Origin: an uncultured delta proteobacterium
GTDB taxonomy: Bacteria; Myxococcota_A; Polyangia; Polyangiales; Polyangiaceae
Assembly: GCA_963841435.1 (NCBI GenBank)
Contig: CAWJCS010000003.1
Span: 1,120,001 to 1,184,000 of the forward strand
Reading direction: 5' to 3'
Length of the DNA stretch: 64,000 nt
The translations under genes and the position numbers were made by a program. Below the pieces are notes generated by a model. That model was not told where the DNA came from and did not search any database. It saw nothing but the letters and a program-made list of their open reading frames with translations. Each line of letters starts with the position of its first letter. Position 1 is the first letter of the stretch. Shown in pieces: positions 10,180-18,691 of the stretch.

Positions 10180-10436
10180 TTCTTCTTCCTGCGTGGCCGG
10201 GGAGCTTGTGCGAGCGCGCTGCCAGCTGCGCGCCGCCCCGTGGGGCTCGTGGCGCGCTTGGCAAGGGCCCGGCCTGCGGCGCTGGCTGCACGGAGTCCCG
10301 TGCGCGCCGGGCGCCCGGTCTGGGACAGGGCGCTCGCCGCCGCTGTTCTGGCCGACGGGATGGCTTTCGGATTCCTGAGCGTCTTGCTGGCGGCGCTGGC
10401 CGCCTTGTTGCTCGTGCGTGCGATCCTTCTGGCCAT
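10176..10436 (-). CDS. Small, very basic Ala/Arg/Lys-rich protein
   Basis: 86 aa with no acidic residues and an internal repeat (AAASALSQT/AAGSALAQA). RBS-like GAGGAG upstream; ATGA overlap with the USP gene. Confidence 0.6.
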   Translation of the reverse strand: MARRIARTSNKAASAASKTLRNPKAIPSARTAAASALSQTGRPARTGLRAASAAGRALAKRATSPTGRRAAGSALAQAPRPRRKKK

Positions 10437-10572
10437 GCGGCGTCTCCTCGCGTGAGTCCCAGAGCTTGTTGGACGTTCATGCCAGAACGTCGCGTCGCGG
10501 ACAAGCTGTTGCGCGCCCCGAAGACGCGCACGCCCATCGAGCGCTTGTCTTCCAAGACAGCCTCAATCGAGT

Positions 10573-12009
10573 CTAGTGTGGGACGGTCTGGAGCTCGGTG
10601 AACTCGAGCAGGCCTTCGTCACCGCCTTCGCGACCGTAGCCCGAGTGCTTCATGCCCCCGAACGGCGCCTCGGGCGTCGGACCGGTTCCGCTGTTGAGCG
10701 CGACGTGGCCAAACCGGAGCGCGGCGGCCACGCGGTCGCCGCGCTCGAGATCCCTCGTGAACACGTAGGCGGCCAGGCCGTACTCGGTGTCGTTGGCGGC
10801 TCGCACGACCTCCGCTTCGCTCTCGAACGTCACGAGCGGCACCACCGGGCCGAAAGCCTCCTCGCGGAGGATCGCCATCCCGTCGCGCACGCCCGTGAGG
10901 ACGGTCGGCGGATAGAACGCGCCGCCTTGGGAGCTCGTGTCAGCCGGCCCACCGACGAGGCGCTGCGCCCCCTTCTTCACGGCATCGTCAACCAGCCGTG
11001 TGACCTTTGCGACCGCGGCGGCGTCAATCATCGGTCCGATCTGGCTGTTCGGATCGAGCCCCGGGCCGAGCTTCAACTCCCGAACTTTGCCGGCAATGAG
11101 CTCGGTGAACGCCCGCGCGACGGGAGCCCCCACGTAGATCCGGTTCGCCGAGACGCAGGTCTGCCCCGAGCAGCGAAACTTGGTGGCCATCAGCTGCTCG
11201 GCAGCGACCCCCAGATCGGCATCCTCGAACACGATGAACGGCGCGTTGCCCCCGAGCTCCAACGCCAGACGCTTGAAGTGGGGTGCGGCCTGCGTCGCCA
11301 GCAGTCTACCGACCCCCGTCGACCCGGTGAAGCTGATGACACGAACCGCCGGGTGCTCGCAAAGGACGCGGCCGATGGCGGGCGCATCACCGAAGACGAG
11401 ACTCACCATGCCCCGCGGCAGGTCGAGCCGGTGGAGCAAGTGAAAGAGCGCGATGGTCGTGAGCGGCGTCTTCTCGGCCGGCTTCGTCACCGAGGGCGCG
11501 CCCGCAGCGATCGCACCCGAGAGCTTCTTCGCCAGCATCGCCAGCGGGAAGTTCCAGGGCGTGATCAGGCCGACAACCCCAGCGGGCCGCGCATGGACGG
11601 TCCAGGTCAGCCCCTTGGGCCGAGCGGCGAGCGTGCGGGGCGCGAGTGCGCTGGACTCCGCCGCCGAACGGTAGAAACCCGCCGCGTAGTCAACCTCGCC
11701 TTCGGCTTCGAGCAACGGCTTGCCGTTCTCGAGCGTGATGATGCGTCCGAGCTCCCGCCGTTCAGCGACCAGAGCGTCAGCGATCGCCCGCAGCCAGGCC
11801 GCGCGCTGCTCCAGGCGCGGCGGCGACTCGAGCGCGCGCTCGGCCGACGCCACCATGCGCTTCGCCTGCGCCTCGCCGTAGCTCGGGAGCTCCGCCAGAA
11901 GCTCGCCCGTGGCCGGGTTCTGGACGCGGAACGTGGGACCGGGGTGCTCGTCGAGGAAGGCTCCACCCTCGTAGCCGGCTAGACGCGAAATCAGAGGAGA
12001 GTTGAACAT
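10573..12009 (-). CDS. gabD: NAD(P)-dependent succinate-semialdehyde dehydrogenase
   Basis: ALDH motifs 'ITPWNFP', 'KPAEKTP', 'SFTGSTGVG', 'LELGGNAP', 'GQTCVSANR', 'EEAFGP' and 'PFGGMKHSGYGREG'. Confidence 0.85.
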   Translation of the reverse strand: MFNSPLISRLAGYEGGAFLDEHPGPTFRVQNPATGELLAELPSYGEAQAKRMVASAERALESPPRLEQRAAWLRAIADALVAERRELGRIITLENGKPLLEAEGEVDYAAGFYRSAAESSALAPRTLAARPKGLTWTVHARPAGVVGLITPWNFPLAMLAKKLSGAIAAGAPSVTKPAEKTPLTTIALFHLLHRLDLPRGMVSLVFGDAPAIGRVLCEHPAVRVISFTGSTGVGRLLATQAAPHFKRLALELGGNAPFIVFEDADLGVAAEQLMATKFRCSGQTCVSANRIYVGAPVARAFTELIAGKVRELKLGPGLDPNSQIGPMIDAAAVAKVTRLVDDAVKKGAQRLVGGPADTSSQGGAFYPPTVLTGVRDGMAILREEAFGPVVPLVTFESEAEVVRAANDTEYGLAAYVFTRDLERGDRVAAALRFGHVALNSGTGPTPEAPFGGMKHSGYGREGGDEGLLEFTELQTVPH

Positions 12010-12035
12010 GGCTCGTCCTTCCCGGTTCGGCACGC

Positions 12036-12653
12036 TCATAGGCTCGGCTCCGTCGCGGCGCTCACGATCTCGCATTCCTCGCTGCCGACGTTGCGAAAGC
12101 GATGCGGGATCCGGCTTTGGAAGTAGTAGGCGTCGCCCGGTCCGAGCACGCGCTCGTCGCCGCCGACGTTGATCAGGACCTTGCCACGTGTCACCACCCC
12201 GGCTTCTTCGCCCTGGTGCGAGAGGAGCTCCTCGCCCGTGTCCGCGCCCGGGGCATAGCGTTCGTGCAAGACTTGCAGCTTGCGTGCGTTCGTCGTCAGG
12301 CCGACCAGGCGCAACGACACCTGACCAGCTCCGATATCCGGCAGGTCGGCCGCCTTGAAGAACGGCGCGTCGGCCAGGCGCTCGAGATCGAAAGTGAAGA
12401 ACTCGGACAGGGTGAGCGAGAGCGCTCGGGTGAGCCGACGCAGGGAGCCGATCGACGGGTTGACCTGCCCCTGCTCGATCAGCGACACCGACCCGTTGGT
12501 GAGACCTGCACGGCGCGCGAGCTCGCGTTGCGACAGACCGAACTGGACGCGGATCGCCTTGAGGCGCGCGCCCAGCTCTTGGTCGGTCCCGTCCAGCTCC
12601 GAGAGGCGCTTGTCCGGGCGTTTCTCTTCAGAGTGTTTAATGGATTGAGTCAT
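12036..12653 (-). CDS. puuR: XRE-HTH/cupin transcriptional regulator, PuuR-like
   Basis: 'LSQRELARRAGLTNGSVSLIEQGQVNPSIGSL' HTH, plus cupin 'PGADTG', 'HQGEEAG' and 'GDAYYFQSRIPHRFRN'. Confidence 0.8.
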   Translation of the reverse strand: MTQSIKHSEEKRPDKRLSELDGTDQELGARLKAIRVQFGLSQRELARRAGLTNGSVSLIEQGQVNPSIGSLRRLTRALSLTLSEFFTFDLERLADAPFFKAADLPDIGAGQVSLRLVGLTTNARKLQVLHERYAPGADTGEELLSHQGEEAGVVTRGKVLINVGGDERVLGPGDAYYFQSRIPHRFRNVGSEECEIVSAATEPSL

Positions 12654-12817
12654 TTTTGTTCGCTGGCGGATAATATTGTGAATAAATAGCCTAAAGTCGC
12701 GTGGCGGCGCAACTGCTTGTTTAGCGAACCATTACGAAACAGCACGGCCGTGGCTTCGGCACCCTCTGCTCGACCTCGACCGAACGGGCATCGCGATCGA
12801 GGTTGACGAAGCGTGGC

Positions 12818-13465
12818 TTAGCCTGTGTGCGCTGCGGCCCGCGGATTGAGCCACTCGATGACCGCCGCGTAGCCCTGGCTTTCGGGATCGTCGCGCAGAT
12901 AGTTCCCGACCACGGCGATCACCTTGAAGCCGTGGCTGAGCTGGAACGAGAGTGTGGGGCCATCGAGCTCACCGCTTTCGACCTTGCGCGCGTACTGCTC
13001 CGGGCTCATTTCCGCCGCCACCTTGCCGTAGCCGCGCAGGCGTGCCCCGGCGCGGATCCTGAGCAGACCGAGCCGTTCGACCAGACCACGCCGCGCGGCG
13101 TAGAGCTTGCTGCCGACTCCGCGGCGCTGAATCGTGGGGTCCACCATGACCTCCGCGCCGTACAGCGTCCGACCCGAGGTGTCGTGATTGGTGAACCGGC
13201 CGACATCGGTAAAGTCGCGCCAGTTGCCGTCCATCTCGTAGTCGTCCCACGAGACGATCAGGCTCGCGGCCATGCCGACCACGGCGCCGTTCGCGGGATC
13301 GACAGCCACGAACTGGCCCTCGGCGAACATGCTCAGGTGCGAGGAGAGCTGCTCCTCGGTCCAGGGGTGGCTCTTCGGGTAGACGCGCCGGCAAAGCGCG
13401 ATGATGCCGGAGAAGTCGCCCGGCGTGGTGGCGCGGACGACGATCGCCGGCTTGCCTCCGCTCAT
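12818..13465 (-). CDS. GNAT family N-acetyltransferase
   Basis: ATG 13465 overlaps the upstream TGA; 'LYGAEVMVDPTIQRRGVGSKLY', 'LSFQLSHGF' and 'IEWLNP'. Confidence 0.85.
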   Translation of the reverse strand: MSGGKPAIVVRATTPGDFSGIIALCRRVYPKSHPWTEEQLSSHLSMFAEGQFVAVDPANGAVVGMAASLIVSWDDYEMDGNWRDFTDVGRFTNHDTSGRTLYGAEVMVDPTIQRRGVGSKLYAARRGLVERLGLLRIRAGARLRGYGKVAAEMSPEQYARKVESGELDGPTLSFQLSHGFKVIAVVGNYLRDDPESQGYAAVIEWLNPRAAAHTG

Positions 13466-14346
13466 AACGTGGTGACGTGGGTCTGTGCCACGAGCTCGCT
13501 GGTCTTCAGGCTGTCGTTGAGTGGGAGCACCGTGCCGTTGGTACGCGATTCGGCGAGGGTTTCCATGTTGAGCTCGCCGATCACCATCGTTTCCTGATTG
13601 GGGATGCCCTCGGCAAGAACCCCGTCTCGGGCGAAGGGAAAGTCGCTCGGGGTCAGGATGGCCGCCTGGCCATAGTTGAGGGAAACCGCCGGAACCATGG
13701 GGAGCGAGCCGACGGTGGGCGACTGCACCACGTAGATCTGGTTTTCGATGGCGCGCGCGTGGGAGCAGATGCGAACCCTGGTGAATGCCTGGCGATCGTC
13801 GGTGCAGCTCGGGACGAAAAGCACCTGCACGCCCATGCGCGCGTAGGCGCGCGCCACCTCCGGGAACTCCACGTCGTAGCAAATCGTCACGCCGATCCGA
13901 CCAAAGCGGGTCTCGACGACCTGGACGCGCCCGCTCGATGACACGTCCCACTCCTCGGATTCGAAGCGGGTCATGTGAAGCTTGCCCTGTACCGCGTGAT
14001 CTCCGTTCGGCCCGAACACGAAGCACTCGTTGTGAACCGTGCCGCTGGCTCCTTGGGTGAGAATGGTGCCGCCGACGATGTAAATGTCGTGCTTGCGCGC
14101 GAGGCCCGTCAAAAGCTCGATGTAACGGTCCACGTAGCGAGGAAGGTCGCGCACCTGCTCCCTGATCGGTCGCTTGAGGTCACCCAGCGTCAGGAGCTGA
14201 AGCGTGAAGTACTCCGGGAAGACCACGACCTGGCACTTGTAGTCAGCTGCCGTCGTGACGAGCCCTTCGACCTGGTCCACGAACTGCTCGAAGCGTTGGA
14301 CGGGGCGGATGAAGTACTGAAGCGACGCAACGCGAACTCGAGACAT
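13462..14346 (-). CDS. Carbon-nitrogen hydrolase (nitrilase superfamily)
   Basis: Catalytic E-K-C triad in 'FPEY', 'KLHMT' and 'ICYDVEFPE', plus 'ARAIENQ'. Confidence 0.88.
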   Translation of the reverse strand: MSRVRVASLQYFIRPVQRFEQFVDQVEGLVTTAADYKCQVVVFPEYFTLQLLTLGDLKRPIREQVRDLPRYVDRYIELLTGLARKHDIYIVGGTILTQGASGTVHNECFVFGPNGDHAVQGKLHMTRFESEEWDVSSSGRVQVVETRFGRIGVTICYDVEFPEVARAYARMGVQVLFVPSCTDDRQAFTRVRICSHARAIENQIYVVQSPTVGSLPMVPAVSLNYGQAAILTPSDFPFARDGVLAEGIPNQETMVIGELNMETLAESRTNGTVLPLNDSLKTSELVAQTHVTTL

Positions 14347-14477
14347 CGTTCCAACGAATACCACGAGCCCCGTCTGGTCGTGATCCACTCCCGGCGCGTG
14401 GATTCGCCCATGGACCGGAGCCTGACAGGGCGCCCAGTGTCAGCCACGGCCTGTGTGCGAGTTGCGACGCACTCTAT

Positions 14478-14967
14478 ATGAACGTCGTTGGCTGCGGATC
14501 CGGCGAGGCCGCCGTGAAGCGCCTGCAGTGCGGCGAGCGCAATGATGTCATTGTCACGGATCTCGTCATGTCCGGCATGACCGGAACCGAGTTGATGCCC
14601 TTGGGCTACCGAGTGGCGGTGGACGACTTGGGTGCCGGCTACGCAGGGCGGTCTTGCGTCAACCTGCTCGAGCCAGACATCGTCAAGCTCGATATGTCAC
14701 TGATCCGCAATGTGGATGTATCCGCGCGCAAGCGATCGTTGGTCGGCTCGATGCTCCGGGTCTGTCAGCTCGCCGCGCTGGTCGCGGCGGGAGCGACTTT
14801 GTTGCAGGGCTATCTGTTCGCCAGCGTTGCCGCTCAAGGACATCACGGCACGCACCGGGCTCGGCGATCCGAGCACGCTTTTTCGCGTGTTCACCGAGCG
14901 GCTCGGCGTGACACCCGCGGCGTATCGGGAGCGGTTCGCGAGCGCGACCAAGCGCGCTGCCCGGTGA
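14478..14967 (+). pseudogene. Mosaic of fragments: REC + EAL phosphodiesterase remnant followed by an AraC C-terminal HTH remnant
   Basis: 'DVIVTDLVMSGMTGTEL' (REC) joins directly to 'VAVDDLGAGYAG..LEPDIVKLDMSL..LLQGYLFA' (EAL lacking its N-half and the EGVE motif). Another frame gives 'ITARTGLGDPSTLFRVFTERLGVTPAAYRERF'. Confidence 0.65.
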
Positions 14968-15290
14968 GCTCTGGATGACGCGGGTCCGACACCGGTGCGA
15001 GCCCGCGAGCTTCGTGGGCTCCTTCACGGGCCTGCGGCAAAATCGATCGACAGGGTCTCTGCGAAGGATCACCAGATAGCCGTCACCGGAAAGGGCCCCC
15101 TCGGCGCCCGTGCCCCCACTCGAGGTCCCGGCAAATCCGCCGGATTCCGCGCGAGCTCTCGGACGACGCCGAGCGACCCGCGCACGCGACGCTGCCGGCG
15201 AGCGCGACCCCGAGCGCGGCGGAGGCTCAAAACCTGGCTCGAGCCCGGCGGCCGAGCGATGAGAGCGCGACCGAGGACGCGAGCAGCGGC

Positions 15291-16187
15291 TCACGGCGGC
15301 AGCGCGCAAACTCCCTCGAGGCAGATTGCGGTCGCCGGGGCGACGTCGCAGCTCGCACACGTCCAGGGCAGCGAGCTACTCAGCCCACAGGCCGTGAGCT
15401 CGTCGTCGAGACGAGTGAACTCGGCCAGGTCTCCACTCGCGCCGAGCAGAAACTCGCTGCCGCAGCCTCCACCGACGATGCTGCAGACGGAGTCCACGAC
15501 CGAACAGTCGGTATCGGTCGTGCACTCCTGGTGCGTGGCCACGTAGTCGCGGAGAGCGCAATCGTACGTGCTGCAGTCATCGGGACAGGCGCCGTCGAAG
15601 AGCCAGCGGCTGGGGCTCGCTCCGTCACAGGACGCCACGGTCCAACCGGTGCCGTTCGCGCAGCGGTAACCGCAGCTCGGCGAACCGGTGAAGCGACTGA
15701 AGCGACAGTCCGAGCCGAGGTCCGGACGCGTGCTGGGACAGGGCGCGGGGCCGTCGCCGCCCGCGCCGAGCGGCCCCCATGCCCCTCCCCGGCATTGCAC
15801 CTGGAAGTCTCCCCCCTCGCAGGAGTCGAAGGGTGCGCAACCCTGATCGTCCACGGTCCAGATCCCGTTGGCGCAACGATAGGTGAGCTCCAGCGGTCCA
15901 CTCTGACAGTCGAGCGCGTAGCGACAGCCCTGCTCCGGCACGCCGACCGGGCAGCTCGCCGCCAATGCGCCAGGAGCCTTGTCAGGGCACCCGACCGCGG
16001 GAGCCCCGGAGTTTCCTCCCGCCGGCATCGATCCGCCGCGCCCACCCGAGCCGTCCAGTCCGCTCACCCCACCGCTGCCGGGCTCCACGACGCGCGATTC
16101 GCCGCCGCAGGCCAGCGCCCACAGCGCGGCGCCGACGGCCACGCGCGCCCCGCCGAGCAAGCGCCGACCCATGCTCGCTCCGCGCAT
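15291..16187 (-). CDS. Cys-rich myxobacterial lipoprotein
   Basis: Lipobox ALAC, Gly linker and more than 20 Cys in repeated small modules. Confidence 0.65.
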   Translation of the reverse strand: MRGASMGRRLLGGARVAVGAALWALACGGESRVVEPGSGGVSGLDGSGGRGGSMPAGGNSGAPAVGCPDKAPGALAASCPVGVPEQGCRYALDCQSGPLELTYRCANGIWTVDDQGCAPFDSCEGGDFQVQCRGGAWGPLGAGGDGPAPCPSTRPDLGSDCRFSRFTGSPSCGYRCANGTGWTVASCDGASPSRWLFDGACPDDCSTYDCALRDYVATHQECTTDTDCSVVDSVCSIVGGGCGSEFLLGASGDLAEFTRLDDELTACGLSSSLPWTCASCDVAPATAICLEGVCALPP

Positions 16188-16294
16188 GCTTGAAGCCTAG
16201 CATTCCAGTGCGACGGCAGGGAAGCATGACGGTCGGGGGGTTGCTCTTCAACGAACGAGATCCACGACTCGACGGCGTCCGGCTCGAGCCCCCG

Positions 16295-16702
16295 TCACTC
16301 GTCCGCGCGACTCGGGAGCTCGAGACGGGCGAACCAGAGCAGCAGCACGGAGACCAACGCGAGCACGACGCCCGAAAGGGTGAGCGGGCGGAAGGACACG
16401 CCGCGCGGCGGCTCCACGAAGAACGCAGCGACGAAGACGGCGGGGGCGGCGAGCAGGCCGATGCCTCCGCACGCTTCCAGCACGCCTTGGGGACGACCAC
16501 GTCGCGGCGGACGCAGTGCGCCGGCCATCAGGTTTAGCAGACCACTCATCAAGACGTAGATGTGGTTGGCGCGAAACTGGTAGCGCACCGCGATGTTCTG
16601 AGCGTACGCGTCCGGAAAGCGCACGGACAGGAACAGGCCAGTCAACAAGAACAGCATGAGGGTCAGCACGCCGACCAGCGCGTGCGGCAACTTCAAGGTC
16701 AT
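16295..16702 (-). CDS. Small integral membrane protein (about 4 TM)
   Basis: Hydrophobic helices with 'H..VG' and 'FRANHIY' His-containing segments. Confidence 0.65.
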   Translation of the reverse strand: MTLKLPHALVGVLTLMLFLLTGLFLSVRFPDAYAQNIAVRYQFRANHIYVLMSGLLNLMAGALRPPRRGRPQGVLEACGGIGLLAAPAVFVAAFFVEPPRGVSFRPLTLSGVVLALVSVLLLWFARLELPSRADE

Positions 16703-16891
16703 GGCGACCTCGTAGTGCGCTCCGCGCGAGAGACGCGCAACGAACGCGAGTCATGGTGGCCCTCGCCGTGCGTTTTGGGAGCAACGATGCTCTGACGATG
16801 GCTTTCGAGTGTGGAAGGTAGGATTTGCGTCGCGCCGAGCATCGCCCCTAAACTGATCCATTTTTCACGGTGCGGGAATGTATGGAGCACC

Positions 16892-18271
16892 ATGAAACGT
16901 GCAGTCATGCTCGCGGGCCTGTTGGCCTCCACCGCCGCTTGTGGGAGCTCCCAGAGCGGGGACACTCCGTCGAGCGGTGGAGGCCCGCCCGGCGGTGGGA
17001 CCGGTGGCAACCCAATCACGGGGGGAACAGCAGGTGCGACCGCATCCGGTGGCGCGGGCCTCGGAGGCACGAGCGCAACTGGGGGCGCAGCAGCCACCGC
17101 CGGTGTCACGGGCGGCAGCGGCACGTCAGGAGGCACGTCGGGAAGCGGTGGCTCATTCGCGCAAGGCGGCGCCTCGGGCGGCGGCGCCTCGGGCGGCGGC
17201 GCCTCAGGCGGTGGTGTCCCCGACGGCGGCACCGCGGGTGGTGGCACTTCGGGCGGTGGCACTTCGGGCGCGGCAGCTGGCAGCGGTGGTCAGGCTGCCG
17301 GAATGGCCGGCGCCGAACCGGGGGGAGCAGGAGGGGCCGGGGCCGGTGGCCAGGCGGGAGGCACGGGTGCCGACGGTGGAGTAGCCGGGTCGGGCGGCGG
17401 TTCGCCGAGCAGCTGCGTCGGCAAAGCGTGGCCCACTGCCAATCCCACCAGCGCGGGGCCGTTCCAGGTCACGGTAGACAAGAACGTCGGCCCGCTAGCG
17501 GGCTATCTCCCGGATCCGATCTACGGGGACGTGCAACAGCGGTTCAACGTTTATCGACCGAGCAATCTCGCCACCAGTGGGTACTGCCATCCGATTTTAG
17601 TCTGGGCGAATGGTCACGGCGACAATCCCGAACAGCACCCCCCGGAATGCGTCGTCAACTCCGCCACCAACCGCTGGTGTGGAACCTATCCGGTGCTGAT
17701 CAATCAGCTCGCCTCGCATGGCTTCGTGGTGGTTGCGTCGCTCAGCACCACGACCTCGCGGGGTGACCCACTCCCGACGATCGTCGGTTTGAACTGGTTG
17801 CTCGAGCAGGCGGAAGATTCGACGAGCCCCTACTATCACCACCTCGACACGGTCCGCATCGGAGCTGCCGGGCATTCGGAAGGCGGACTGTCAACCTGCA
17901 AGGCCGCTGCGGATCCGCGCATCACCACGATCGCGACGGTGTCCGGGTCGGCAACGCCCACCGGCCTGCAGGGCCCGGCGCTGTTCATCTGCGGCGGAAA
18001 GGACACCGTCGTCTCGTGTGACAGCGTGGCCAATACTTACAACACCGTGACGAATCAACCAGCCATGCTGATGGACAATCTGAGTGCGGACCATGGCAGC
18101 TGGCTCTATCAGAACGGCGCCCAAGGCCCCGACATCTTCGCGCTCACCGCCTGGTTCCGGGTGCAGTTGATGGACGATACCGCGAATCGCAAGTACTTCT
18201 ATGGTCAGGGCTGCACGCTGTGCTCGGACAACCGGGTGACGGTCCAGCGCAACAGCCTCATGATGCAGTAG
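16892..18271 (+). CDS. Lipoprotein with Gly-rich linker and cutinase/chlorophyllase/PETase-fold alpha/beta hydrolase
   Basis: Lipobox TAAC; 'HPILVWANG', 'LASHGFVVVA', nucleophile 'GHSEGG', acid 'GGKDTVV', His 'ADHGSW' and 'TAWFRVQL'. Confidence 0.8.
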   Translation: MKRAVMLAGLLASTAACGSSQSGDTPSSGGGPPGGGTGGNPITGGTAGATASGGAGLGGTSATGGAAATAGVTGGSGTSGGTSGSGGSFAQGGASGGGASGGGASGGGVPDGGTAGGGTSGGGTSGAAAGSGGQAAGMAGAEPGGAGGAGAGGQAGGTGADGGVAGSGGGSPSSCVGKAWPTANPTSAGPFQVTVDKNVGPLAGYLPDPIYGDVQQRFNVYRPSNLATSGYCHPILVWANGHGDNPEQHPPECVVNSATNRWCGTYPVLINQLASHGFVVVASLSTTTSRGDPLPTIVGLNWLLEQAEDSTSPYYHHLDTVRIGAAGHSEGGLSTCKAAADPRITTIATVSGSATPTGLQGPALFICGGKDTVVSCDSVANTYNTVTNQPAMLMDNLSADHGSWLYQNGAQGPDIFALTAWFRVQLMDDTANRKYFYGQGCTLCSDNRVTVQRNSLMMQ

Positions 18272-18691
18272 ATGCGACGGGTCGCGGTGGCATCCGAGCC
18301 GCCGCTACGCCCGAGGGCATGCTTCGACGGGAAGCGACTCAAGCCGGCCGACAAGAGCTCGACCGCCTTCGTGCTCGCCGGCGCGAGCTCGCCTCGGGTT
18401 TTCCGACCGCGAAAGTCTCCCGACGCGTTCCGGACGACCGGACGAGTCAATGACGTCTCTCGCCACAACATTTGCCGGGCGCGGCGAGCCGCAGTCGCGT
18501 CGATTTGTGACCGTCCAAGCGCGCCATCCGCTACTACTACGTCGGCTGGTGGACAGCTTCGGTGGGTCGCCCAAGAGGACCGCGATCCGATGAGCACGTC
18601 GCGGGGTGCTCGCCCGAGCCCTTCGCCGGCAATGTGACGCGAGGACGGCCGACGCGCATCGGCAGAACAAAAGAGAAAGGGAGGTACGGCA

